DNA from: Octopus bimaculoides
Taxonomy: Eukaryota
Assembly: GCF_001194135.2 (NCBI RefSeq)
Contig: NC_068982.1
Location: 60,473,747 to 60,537,746, forward strand
DNA length: 64,000 nucleotides
Reading direction: 5' to 3'
The first letter of the stretch is position 1; each line of letters begins with the position of its first letter. The notes under the pieces were generated by a model. It was not told the DNA's origin, did no database searches, and saw only the letters and a program-made list of their open reading frames with translations. Shown here in pieces: positions 51,741-64,000 of this stretch. A program made the position numbers and the translations under genes.

Positions 51741-51894
51741 ATTAATAAATAAAATAAGATCATTTTCACTGAATTCTACTGCTTTTTGTCTTGTTATATT
51801 TACTCAATCATAAAATTATGCAATCTAATCGCCCGTCGGACGTTGTCAGATGTCGCAAATTTAAACTTGTCAACAAACCAACAGACGACCTCTA

Positions 51895-51906
51895 CAAAAT
51901 GGCGGC
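51895..51906 (+). promoter_or_regulatory. YY1 consensus site CAAAATGGCGGC overlapping the start codon
   Basis: Exact match to the established YY1 motif, typical of metazoan housekeeping-gene starts. Confidence 0.6.
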
Positions 51907-51907
51907 G
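51899..51907 (+). CDS. First coding exon (Met-Ala-Ala) of an unidentified rightward gene
   Basis: AAAATGGCGGCG|GTAAGT: strong Kozak context (A at -3, G at +4) immediately followed by a perfect phase-0 donor. Confidence 0.55.
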
Positions 51908-53119
51908 GTAAGTTGCGAAATTTGTTTTTCATTGATAAATGGGATGGCTTGCGTCACAGGAAGGACAGTGCTGATAAAATTTCAATGAATGAGTCATTCT
52001 GTCATTTTTTCATTTTGTTTATTTATTTTTTTTTATCTGCATAAAAGAAGAAACACTGTTTAGTTTGTCTTCTTTTGTGAGAGTCTACTGTCCCGTCCGG
52101 CTTGGTCTTAATGACAGACACCAGTTGTCAGCTTCTGCTTGCAGTGTACAAGAGTAATGGCACTCCAACATCGGAGCCTGAATAATTGCCACTAGTTGTT
52201 TCTAAGTGCGATGCCAATAATAATGAATCATTATTATTGTTTTGTCGCATATTCACTATTTTTATTCGTTTAATTTATTTGTTTATTATTTTGAGTGGGA
52301 CGGAGTGGGTGGGTTAGAATTTATATTTGTTTTATTATTACTATTATTATTATTATTATTATTATTTTTCCTCAGCTTATTATCCCAATTGTTATCCAAT
52401 TCTAAGGACAGTTTTAAAGTAAATATCGATAGTCTATCTATTTTGTTTGGGGGAGACTGAGTCAGAGATGGGAGCGAGGAACCAACCGCTTTCTCTACTA
52501 CGCTACCATCGACTAAATGAATGAATAAATTCATTTTTTTATCTTCATCCCTTGATTTTTAAAAAAACTACTTTCCTCCTCAATTCCTCCTGTTCTTTTC
52601 AATGTTTCTTTCATTCTATCTCTCTCTCTTTCTCTCTCTCTCTTTCTCTCTCTCTCTCTTTCTCTCTCTCTCTCAGGTCAGCAAGTGACAAGCTGCAGTT
52701 GTGTTCTAAATATCAGTTTCGCTTCCTCCGTCAGTGCTGATAATAAACATTGCTAAAATACAGCTGATATGTGTCACACCTCATCCTATGTTTAACTCTG
52801 TTGTTATTCGTCGTCAATACTGCTACCTTCTTTGGGATGGAGCTGCATTAGAAGATAGATAGATACATACATACATAGAGAGCCGAGCAGGTAGACATAG
52901 TACGTTTATAGTATAGTTAGAGGTAGAAAGGTAATAGTTATAGATAGGCAGAATAAATAGATGGTAGATAGAAGGGTAGGTAGATAAATAGTGTGTGTGC
53001 GTGAGAGAGAGAGAGAGAGATAGAGAGAAATAAGAAGCTAGAAAATGAATAGGTAAATAAGTAGAAAGACAGATAAAAGAGTAGACAGATCGCTAAATGG
53101 ATTGTGGATAGGTAAACTG

Positions 53120-53345
53120 AAAGAAAGACAAACATGGAGATATATAGATAGATAGATAGATAGATATAGAGAGAGGTAGACAAATAGACGGACGAGTTGA
53201 TTGACAGGCATACAGACAGACAAATACGTAGATACAGAGATGGGTAGATTGTCATATAGAAAGACGGGTAGATAGGTAGATAGATTGATAGACGGACGGA
53301 CAGACAGGCAGATAGACAGACAGACAGATAGATAGATAGATAGAC

Positions 53346-53400
<55 letters not shown>

Positions 53401-53402
53401 AC
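53120..53402. repeat. (AGAT)n/(AGAC)n tetranucleotide array
   Basis: Direct inspection; similar arrays at 55820-56000, 57775-57930 and 63690-63780. Confidence 0.95.
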
Positions 53403-53647
53403 TGTCAATTTGAGAAGTGAACGCGTTTCACGTTGTCACAGACACCTTTTTTTAATCACAATTATTACTGACGCAATTTATTAGAATTATCTCATACTAA
53501 GATAAATATTTTCTTCACCTAACCGTTCTTCCTCTACGTACACACGTTTTCTATCATACCAACACATACTTAGAAGATAATATCATATACACGCACATAC
53601 CGCTCATGCACGCACCATATATTTAAGTGCTGGTGCATCATGTTCCT

Positions 53648-53726
<79 letters not shown>

Positions 53727-54489
53727 TTGTACGCTGTGTACTTAAAGGTAACAGAAAACCAATTCTTTACCAAAGGGTCCTCTCGTGCCGCTAATGATAT
53801 TGTAGGCCCATGCCAACTGGACCACATGGCTCCGTTTGTTCTGGCCTATGCATGCATGTATGTATGTATGTGTCCTCCATCTATCTACCCCTATCTTTAG
53901 CTGTTTGACTGCCTCTCTCTCTAAGAATATATATATAGATAGATAGATATAGATAGATGGATAGATAGATAGATAGATAGATGGTTATGAATATGTACAT
54001 CTATAATGTTGACGTTGAAATACGCACACGTTTCTGAGGATGCAATGCATTGCAAAATAAATAAATCTATACACAAGTTCTGCAGGTCCCAAATAATATA
54101 TAGATATATATATATATACCAATTCCTGTAATTATGTTGTTGAGATATAATCTAATTTGAATACAGTTATTGTTGTGATCGGCGGGGTTTGTGCATGAAA
54201 TCCGTGTACAGGCCGAACTGTGTGAGGTTTCGGCTTATATTTACACTATCACTCGTATATATATATATATAAGCGGTGTGTGTGTGTGCTTTGGTAAGGA
54301 GAATTCGAGGAAGGGAAGAGGGATGATAGACCCCCAAATTTTGGAGAAGAAAAATCGATTTTCAATAAGCGATGTTATGTGACATGATCAGTTTTTCACT
54401 TAGTGACCATCATCATACTGCTTGTTATTCATCACGAGCTTAATAAGTTTGTGTGTGTGTGTGAGCGTGTGTCTTTCTTTCCTCTTGCC

Positions 54490-54781
54490 GTTTCATCATC
54501 ATCATCATCAGCAGCAGCAGCAGCATCGGCATCGTCGCCTTCATCACCATCCTCATCATTGGTGTCGTTAAGGTGACTGCTACAAGTAATATCGAATCAT
54601 TTGTTTTAAATAAAGCTATTAAAACGATGACAATGAGAAACGGGGGATGAAAGTTAAATGATGGTGATGCTGGCGCTGATGCTGATGATAAGGAGGACGT
54701 GTTGACTGTGATGACGACGACGAAGAGATGATAATGAAAACCATCATCATCATTATCATTATCATCTTTATTATCACCCTT

Positions 54782-54837
<56 letters not shown>

Positions 54838-54945
54838 GACAGGGGACGATGACCAGAAGGGCGATGACCGTGATGACATCGATGATGTAGAGACGATGGC
54901 AATGATGATGATGATGATGATGATGGTGATTTAATGATTTAATGA
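54490..54945. repeat. (CAT)n/(GAT)n compound triplet tract
   Basis: Direct inspection. Confidence 0.9.
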
Positions 54946-55107
54946 TTATAGCACAACGATAAGCCTTGTCGACGATTGGGGGTTTAGGCTTTACAGGTCG
55001 AGTTTGTGACGGACAAATTCATCGTCGTAGACTAACTAGACTCAGAACTATTATTATTGCTGTTGTGACGCTGTTGTTACCAAGTGATATTGGCTCTTGG
55101 GTCGGAT

Positions 55108-55153
<46 letters not shown>

Positions 55154-55794
55154 TGTGTGTGTGTGTGTGGAGAGAGTGAGCGGGTGAGAGAGAGAGAGAG
55201 AGCATGTATGTGCACGCGCACACACATACACNNNNNNNNNNNNNNNNNNNNNNNNNNNNNNNNNNNNNNNNNNNNNNNNNNNNNNNNNNNNNNNNNNNGT
55301 GTGTGTGTGTGTGTGTGAGTTTTATTGATTTTATTTTGAATGTGACATCCCATCCAAGTCTAAATCTTTCTCTCTTTCTCTTTCTTTCCCCGCTCACCCC
55401 CTCCCATGTGTAAGTCTCTGAATCTCTCCCCCCCCCCTCTCTCTCTCTCCCTCTCTTTGTGTCCTCTTTCCCTCTTTCAAACTACTAGTGCATTTGCAGA
55501 AGCGATTGATGTCGCTAAATGACCTCACTTGCCAATGCGACATTCAACTCAAAACAAACCTAGAGAGTCTGACATACCAACACACACACGCGCTTGCGCG
55601 CGCGCACCAACACTCATTCACACACACACATACACAGACCCCGCACCCATTCACATACACTGACATGTGTACACGCGTGCTTTTCGGCAGTGCGTGTGCA
55701 CATGTTCCCATGCGTTCATTTCTGTGTGTGTGTGCACGCGGTTGTATATTGACATTTAGATAGGTAGAAGGAGATTAAGTAGATAGATAAATAA

Positions 55795-55871
<77 letters not shown>

Positions 55872-55903
55872 TAGGCAGAGAGGCAGATAGATANNNNNNN
55901 NNN

Positions 55904-55957
<54 letters not shown>

Positions 55958-56213
55958 GCAGATAGGCAGATAGATGGATAGATAGATAGATAGATAGATA
56001 GAAGGGATATAAGCTTTAAGCAGGGCAAATGGCTTCATCATATCATATCATAGCAGGGTTGCCGGCCGCTTTGCCAATGTTTTTGCTGGCTCTGACAGGC
56101 GTGGGCACGGTGCCGACTGCTGTCTAGTTGACAGTACTCGCGTGCTGGAAACCTCCCCTAAGCATCACCATCATATCGCATCAAGCACTCTCACATCATA
56201 TCAGTCGCTTGCT

Positions 56214-56263
<50 letters not shown>

Positions 56264-56349
56264 TGTGCGCGCGCCACTCCACCCCTACCCTCCACCCCAC
56301 AACACTTCCTCTTGCCTGCCTGCCTGCCGCACAGTGGGACGATATATAG

Positions 56350-56500
56350 ATATTACGTACATGTTGATGACGAAAATGATAACGATGATGCTGATGATGG
56401 CGGTGATGACGACGACGTCGACGACGATGATGATGATGATGATGATGATGACGATGACGACGACGACGATCATGGACATGTAGAGGACGAGGACGGATGA
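56350..56500. repeat. (GAT)/(GAC) triplet tract
   Basis: Direct inspection. Confidence 0.9.
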
Positions 56501-57202
56501 AGCTGGGGAGAAAAAATAAAAGTCACTAGAAAGAGAAAACGATATAAAGTGAAAGAGAGAGAGAAAGAGGCTGACAGGCAAGAATATACACACACGACGA
56601 CGACGAAACAGCTTACCCATCCATACATACCAACTGCCCTAAAGTATAGTAGTCGAGAAAGAGACAAGACACACACACATTTACTAAGAAGAGACACCGA
56701 GAATGTAAACTTTTTTTTTTTTATACATACGCACATATATATATATATATAGATATGTATATCAATGTTGTACGTACCAACGTAACACATTCATTATTTT
56801 TGCCTGTAAATTATACATCATCGCAAACTCGCACACGCACACATACACACGTCTTGTAATATTTTGAAGATATGTATATACATATATGTGTAATGTATAA
56901 TACATATATACATTAAAAACAAACACACAAACAAAAAGCACCTGAGACAATTTAGAAAAACGCACATTCACAGTTGAGGGGAACCAGCAGAAGAAGAAAG
57001 TAAAGAAAGAAAGGAAAAAAAAAACACCAACAAATTATAAGTAAATTTTCGTCGTTGTCAAATGTGGCCTTTTTTTATCGTCGAGTACATGACATTAAGT
57101 GATCAGGAATAGGTCAGAGATGGTACTGCAATTACGGTTGGGATGTTGTCTCAGTTCTCTCCACCAAAGAGTCTTTCATGGGCTTGCCAAGGCAGTAATG
57201 TA

Positions 57203-57235
<33 letters not shown>

Positions 57236-57317
57236 CATCATTATTATTATTATTATTGAAAGATACGTTGTTTGTTCACCCAAAATGAATGTGCGTGTTT
57301 GTGGTAGTGTGTTTGGT

Positions 57318-57352
<35 letters not shown>

Positions 57353-57800
57353 CAGAGAGAAGAAGTGTGTGTGTGTTTGTGTGAAATTTTGAGAAAAGTA
57401 TCATTGTTTGTCCTATAACAAGTACAAGTGATAAAACGAGGTTATAGGATTAAATCACGAAATAATAATAATTGTAAAATGCGAGCAAATTGAAAAAAAA
57501 AACAAAAAAGAAATAAAGGGATAAAAAGAAGACAGTGATAGAGAGAAAGAGAAGGTGAAAGACAGCGGCAGGATCGATATTATGTTACAGTCCCCAAAAA
57601 TGTTGTTTCTCTTGTCTCCTTGTGTCCTTTTATTCTGCACTTTACATATCTCTAGTGTGGCATCATCGGAGTCGTGATTTTTCTCTCCTCTCAGCATCTT
57701 CATCTATATATCTCCATGGGTGTCGGGGAAAGAGTGCGAGAGTGTGTGTATGCATATGTGTAAGTAAAAACAGACAGACAGACAGATAGATAGATAGATT

Positions 57801-57833
<33 letters not shown>

Positions 57834-58199
57834 ACATACAGATAGGCTAATAAATAAATGGAAAGATAAATAAATATGTAGACGGACAGATAGATGGAGA
57901 AATAGATAGATAGATAGATAGATAGATAGGTGTTTTTAGATATCTATATGTACACTTTTTAAGTGTGGCGTGTGTCAGCGCGTGCGGGCGCGTGTATATG
58001 TGCGTGCCTGTGTACTTCTTGTAGGTGCCTGTATAGCAATATATGTTTGTGCGTGCGTCTCTTTATGTGTGTGTGTGTGTGTGTCTGTTAATTTGTCTGT
58101 GTGTGTGTGTGAGTATCTGTGTGACTTATTTGTTTCTGCCTGCTTTTACCCCCGCATCACATTCCTCCAGAGGGTCCGTCTCTGCCTTTGCTACTGCTG

Positions 58200-58290
58200 C
58201 CTACACAATACTACTATTACTGTTACTACTACTACTACTACTACTACTACTATTACTATTACTACTACTGTTACTACTGTTTTTGCTGCA
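58200..58290. repeat. (ACT)n triplet tract
   Basis: Direct inspection. Confidence 0.9.
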
Positions 58291-58601
58291 ACAAGCCTCC
58301 TGGTTGTCATCCTCCTTCAATCTGTCTTCCACCCACCAACCAACCCCTCCCACACTTCGTTCTTCTTTATCTTTTGCGCCCCACCACCCTATCGTTTTAA
58401 CTCTCTCTCTTTCTCTCTCTCTATTTTTACTATCCATCCCTTTCATCTCTCTCGTCTTTCTGTCACTTTCTATCTGTCTCCCCTCCCAATAACATAAATT
58501 TGTCATGGTCGGTCGGTGTCGCAGAACACAATTACCGTCAGATTGATTGACAAAACGAGAATTTTAATCAAGAGCATGCACATTAGCATAACCATATGGT
58601 A

Positions 58602-58901
58602 TTAAAGTGCCATCTGTGTCTTTGACTGGAGTGGCACATCATTGATTGATAAAGGAAGAAAATTATGGCCGTTCTGTATAGGCATGTCCTTGCCAAGTAG
58701 CTGTGACATTCGTCCGCTGCAGTCCTCTCTCACTCTCACATCGGGCTCAGCATCATTGATCCATTCACTACGACGGTACTGTACGTTGCTGGCGGGGCCC
58801 ACTGCATCGGCAACTCGTAAAGCGACCAACGACATAACATAGTAGGGGACGTCAGCTTTGACCCAGTCAGGAATTTTTACTTCTCTCTCTGTCTTCAACA
58901 A
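58602..58901 (-). CDS. Protein-like exon, possibly terminal, of unknown product (KTEREVKIPDWVKADVPYYVMSLVALRVADAVGPASNVQYRRSEWINDAEPD...TQMAL*)
   Basis: 99 open codons in non-repetitive, GC-richer DNA with a clear RNY codon pattern; acceptor weak; alternative GTGAGA donor after ...EPD. Confidence 0.45.
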   Translation of the reverse strand: MLKTEREVKIPDWVKADVPYYVMSLVALRVADAVGPASNVQYRRSEWINDAEPDVRVREDCSGRMSQLLGKDMPIQNGHNFLPLSINDVPLQSKTQMAL

Positions 58902-59718
58902 GCTGCATCAACGTCTCAAGAGGATAAACCATATTTCTGTTGTGATCCAAGGAAAAACTTGTGGCTGGCGGTAGGAATTTCCTTCACCCCTACCTTCGCA
59001 TTCATACTTAGACTTTTTGTTTCTCTCTCTCTTTTTTTTTTCCTGTCCGTTTTTTTTTTCTTTTTCTTTCTGGTTCTTTTTGTTCTTGTTCTTCTCCATC
59101 CTTCATCTCTATCGACAATAATTGCTTAAACTAATCAACCGTTTAGAGAGCATTTTAATTACACATACAAGGGACACAAGAGAATGAATTATTAGTATTC
59201 GGGAAAAGGCTTCCTTCTTTCTTTCTTTCTTTCTTTCTCAATGTCTTCGTCCTCTGTGTCGTCTTGTGAATTAGAGACGATGATGATGAAGGCTTTGTCA
59301 TCCCTTGTTTGCTCTGTGGTCATGCTACAAACTCCAAATTAATATTCTCTCTATCGATATGCATCTGTCGTTTTAGACGAACACACACACTCTCTCTCGC
59401 ACACACACACACACACACACATTTGTACACTCTTTCACACATACATTCGTACACGCTTTCTCACACACACACACACACTCTTATACTCTCTTTCTCTTAC
59501 ACACTCACTCACTCGCACACATACACACACACACACACACACATACATAGACCCATGCCCTGTCGTATACGAACATAAACTCATACATGCATATGCACTC
59601 ACCCATTCTTTTCCTCTCTCTCCTGCTTTCTCTCTTTCTCTCCTTTTGGATGTCCTCTGAGAATGTAAGTTATTGATTGTGTCTACTGGTGTTTTCTCTC
59701 TCTCTCTTTCTCCCTCTT

Positions 59719-59758
<40 letters not shown>

Positions 59759-60243
59759 TCTCTGTATTTCCTTGTCTCCTTTTAGGTAGTTGATGGCATT
59801 TTTCTTTTCTTTTCTTTTTAATTATAGTTGTTTGTGTGTATATGCATTATTTCCCCCTCGCAAAGTCAAGCGATCATCATCATTATTATTTTTATTATTA
59901 TATATATATATATTTTTTTGATTCAAGGAGTGTGTGTGTGATATTTGTGTGAGAGAGTATAGTTGTCGTCACTATCCTGACAGTAAGCCTGGAGCTATTC
60001 AAACCTAAATTTGGTTTGTCTGCTATCCATTTCACTAGGGTCCCCAGTACTCTGACTGAAATCCTCGACATGCCGATATCCAGCCAGCAATGAAGCCACT
60101 TGAGGTAAATATTTTTCTCTTCATATATATATATATATAAATAATATAAACTCGTGGTGTGTATGTGTGTGTGTGTGCGTGTGTGCATGTGCGCTCGTAT
60201 GTGTGCATGTGCGCGTATGTGTGTGTGTATTATATATATATAT

Positions 60244-60898
60244 NNNNNNNNNNNNNNNNNNNNNNNNNNNNNNNNNNNNNNNNNNNNNNNNNNNNNNNNN
60301 NNNNNNNNNNNNNNNNNNNNNNNNNNNNNNNNNNNNNNNNNNNNNNNNNNNNNNNNNNNNNNNNNNNNNNNNNNNNNNNNNNNNNNNNNNNNNNNNNNNN
60401 NNNNNNNNNNNNNNNNNNNNNNNNNNNNNNNNNNNNNNNNNNNNNNNNNNNNNNNNNNNNNNNNNNNNNNNNNNNNNNNNNNNNNNNNNNNNNNNNNNNN
60501 NNNNNNNNNNNNNNNNNNNNNNNNNNNNNNNNNNNNNNNNNNNNNNNNNNNNNNNNNNNNNNNNNNNNNNNNNNNNNNNNNNNNNNNNNNNNNNNNNNNN
60601 NNNNNNNNNNNNNNNNNNNNNNNNNNNNNNNNNNNNNNNNNNNNNNNNNNNNNNNNNNNNNNNNNNNNNNNNNNNNNNNNNNNNNNNNNNNNNNNNNNNN
60701 NNNNNNNNNNNNNNNNNNNNNNNNNNNNNNNNNNNNNNNNNNNNNNNNNNNNNNNNNNNNNNNNNNNNNNNNNNNNNNNNNNNNNNNNNNNNNNNNNNNN
60801 NNNNNNNNNNNNNNNNNNNNNNNNNNNNNNNNNNNNNNNNNNNNNNNNNNNNNNNNNNNNNNNNNNNNNNNNNNNNNNNNNNNNNNNNNNNNNNNNNN
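60244..60898. other. Assembly gap (largest; others at 4168-4448, 23613-23750, 24919-25064, 37314-37629, 55232-55298 and 61968-62357)
   Basis: N runs, mostly bordered by (TA)n/(CA)n microsatellites. Confidence 1.
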
Positions 60899-63391
60899 TT
60901 ATGATGTCATTCCAATAGAGTGTAGGAAAATATGGATCAGTTTACTTGAAAGATACAGAATCACTTGTGGACTTAGTACTGGCTCATCAAATCGCTTCGT
61001 CCTTGAGGTTAAGCTTACACTCGAAGGGAGAGGGAGGTGCAGCAAAAGGGGAGGAGAATCAGTTGTAACTGGGTGGGGTGGGGGGAGGGAATCTAGAGAA
61101 GCGATTCTAAAAATTTCTAGCGTTGGCAGTTGTTGAGATGAATTAGACTTCCCCCCTCGAGGGCCTGTCACAGAGAGCGTGTGGTGGTTGTTCCACTCTG
61201 CTCTGTCTGTCATAGGGCCCGTTGTTGTCCATTGAGAGAAACCATCCCCTTCTTATTGATTGATATTGATCTAGCGCACTAATTATTGTAGATTGTGGCT
61301 GCTCAACCACTCAGAAGCGGTGTGTGCATTCTCGATTATGAACCTCTACTTGTGACATGTGCCTGCTTGCAGCATACCATGCATGTTTATGAGACCAAAC
61401 ACAAAGTGCGATTTCAAAAGCAACAGACACCAAGTAGTAGTCATTATAACAGGATATGACAGTTGGCTGCCAATTTTTTGGCACAGGCTGCAGTTTAATT
61501 ATAGTGATGGGACTTGGCGATCTACCTTTTAGAAACAATAGGAAGATGAAGAGGAGAGAGCTTTGAATGGACCAAACCAAGAATCCGACTATATTCATGA
61601 TGACAAAGATCTGAAGAACTTTTAAAAAAGGCATGTCACGACTGAATCTTTTATATCCAAAGTTAGCACGCATTTGGGAAAGATTTATTTGAAGTTGCAG
61701 CTGTGCCAGAAGTAAATTGACTAGAAGATGCATTTAACTTGTGAACATTTAAGGATTAGAATTCTATAATTACTAAAGGTGTTTCTCTCAATTTTTTTTT
61801 TTTTTTTGAAAGTATTAAATTTATCAAGAACACCACTTAAGGCTTTTTTTTTTCCCCAAAAATTTTCATAGATCTTAATCTCTTAAAGAGATATTGAAAA
61901 TAAACATATATTAGTAAATAAATTTAAAGGAGAAGAGAAAAAAAAAAATAAACAAGCATCATGGTTTNNNNNNNNNNNNNNNNNNNNNNNNNNNNNNNNN
62001 NNNNNNNNNNNNNNNNNNNNNNNNNNNNNNNNNNNNNNNNNNNNNNNNNNNNNNNNNNNNNNNNNNNNNNNNNNNNNNNNNNNNNNNNNNNNNNNNNNNN
62101 NNNNNNNNNNNNNNNNNNNNNNNNNNNNNNNNNNNNNNNNNNNNNNNNNNNNNNNNNNNNNNNNNNNNNNNNNNNNNNNNNNNNNNNNNNNNNNNNNNNN
62201 NNNNNNNNNNNNNNNNNNNNNNNNNNNNNNNNNNNNNNNNNNNNNNNNNNNNNNNNNNNNNNNNNNNNNNNNNNNNNNNNNNNNNNNNNNNNNNNNNNNN
62301 NNNNNNNNNNNNNNNNNNNNNNNNNNNNNNNNNNNNNNNNNNNNNNNNNNNNNNNNNATATCATTTATTTCATTACTTTTATCCATATTTTTATTGTTTT
62401 CGTTCATGGGGAAGTGATGAATGAGTGAGTTCTCTTCAATAAAGTTATTCATCTCGTCTTTCTTTCTTTCTTTCTTTCAATGCAGTAAAGAAAACAAAAA
62501 AGAAAAGAAAAAACAATTAACTCCATACAATTGGAAACTTTCTTTAGCACAAAAGTTCTTTTTCACTTTTTTCATTTTCAATTTCCAATAAGTAAAAGAA
62601 AAACAAAAGAAAAAGAGAGCAAAAAGGGATTAATTAGATTTGTAATCTAAAATAATACAGTGAAGAATGATATTTGTCAAGGGGGTTATATATTTTTCAC
62701 TTTCTAAAATTCCATTTGTTGATTCTTGTGGCTTAAGTACCCCCACTTCCAGTTGTGTTTTCTTCAGTGTTATTTATCTCTTTTCTACCTTTATCATTTC
62801 TCCTCACCAATCACTCAAAGCAGCTATTGTAGTATTATTATTGTTAAGAAACAAAATGACAACTAATATTAAGTTCTGCAGTATTTTATCAGAAAATATT
62901 TTATTTCATATTAATTTATTCTAAAATATAAAAATTAAAACAATAGAGAGAAAAATAATTTACTGTTTCAACTTTTATCTTGGTCTTTTAGCATAAAACA
63001 TAACTTTTCTTTCTAAATATCCATAGATGATCAATTTCTGTAATATCTTCAGTTTCTAGTTTCTTCCAAAATAGTGTTTCAGAATTGGAATTTTATTACT
63101 TTTTTTTTTTTTTCCAGAAAGTGGCTGTTTAGTTTGCAATAAAGTCCATACTATCTTTATGGTCAGTAGTTTAAAGAAAGCTAAAATTCTTTGGAGATAT
63201 AAGCATTTAAGATAGTTTATTATAAGTTTTCAAAATGATGTAAGTTCCTCTCATTTTTAGAACGTTTATATTCACTGAAGCTACATTAAGTGATCTTTAT
63301 TATAAATACAACTTATTTTATTGCTATATCTGAAGAAAGTTATCGCTTTAAAAGTTTAGAAACACTGAGTATATTTGAAATATCATGCATA

Positions 63392-63454
<63 letters not shown>

Positions 63455-63711
63455 TTTACAAAGGTTTACTTTTTATTTTCAAATTCTATGATTAGCTGAG
63501 ATAGATACAAAAAAATGATGTGTCCTTTTTTATTAAGTTCTAACAATAAAAGTTCTAACTTTTATTAAGTTCTTTTATTAAGTTCTAGCACATGTTTACA
63601 TGTTCATTTGTATTGATAAATGTCCCTAGCTTCTTACACACAAAGTCATGTAGTGAAATAATCTTCAAGTAAATTAAAGTATACATATCATTTATCTATC
63701 TATCTGTCTGC

Positions 63712-63743
<32 letters not shown>

Positions 63744-63774
63744 TTATCTATCTATCTATCTGTCTATCTATCTA

Positions 63775-63811
<37 letters not shown>

Positions 63812-64000
63812 ACATGTATGTGGAATTTATGTATATGTATATACATATATATATACATGCCAATATATATGCGTGTGTGTATATATATATTTATATGTAT
63901 GTGTACATATATATGTATGTATATATGTATGTATACATATATGTATATATATCTATATATGCATGTGTGTGTTTATATATATGCATATACATGTGTGTGT

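Larger units (their letters stand above)
51660..51910. promoter_or_regulatory. Probable bidirectional CpG-retaining promoter
   Basis: Divergent consensus donors 250 bp apart, high CpG density, YY1 motif. Confidence 0.55.

Overview
Eukaryotic, AT-rich, microsatellite- and SINE-dense scaffold with about ten N-gaps. The repeat families and (TA)n/(CA)n/(GAT)n/(AGAT)n arrays look like a coleoid cephalopod (Octopus-like) genome; this is recognition from memory, not a database hit. There is no prokaryotic gene, CRISPR array, rRNA or intact tRNA, and almost every ORF in the supplied track is a microsatellite, N-gap or repeat artefact. Supportable content: (1) a CpG-retaining, probably bidirectional promoter at ~51.65-51.91 kb, with a YY1 site overlapping a + strand ATG GCG GCG|GTAAGT first exon and a - strand GTAAGT donor 250 bp away; (2) small candidate exons of an unidentified leftward gene whose body (1-48 kb) is CpG-depleted; (3) a protein-like - strand exon at 58.6-58.9 kb; (4) transposon relics: a Penelope-like GIY-YIG fragment, two R4/Dong-like and one Hero/NeSL-like RLE retrotransposon 3' ends, RTE 3' ends, a DD37D/maT-like and a fold-back mariner relic, two Helentron-type non-autonomous elements and many tRNA-derived SINEs, one with a 16-bp TSD. 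The most notable signal is a decayed minimal type-I hammerhead ribozyme motif closed by a long hairpin at 13.25-13.34 kb. No gene product could be named with confidence, and I found no convincing wholly new system.
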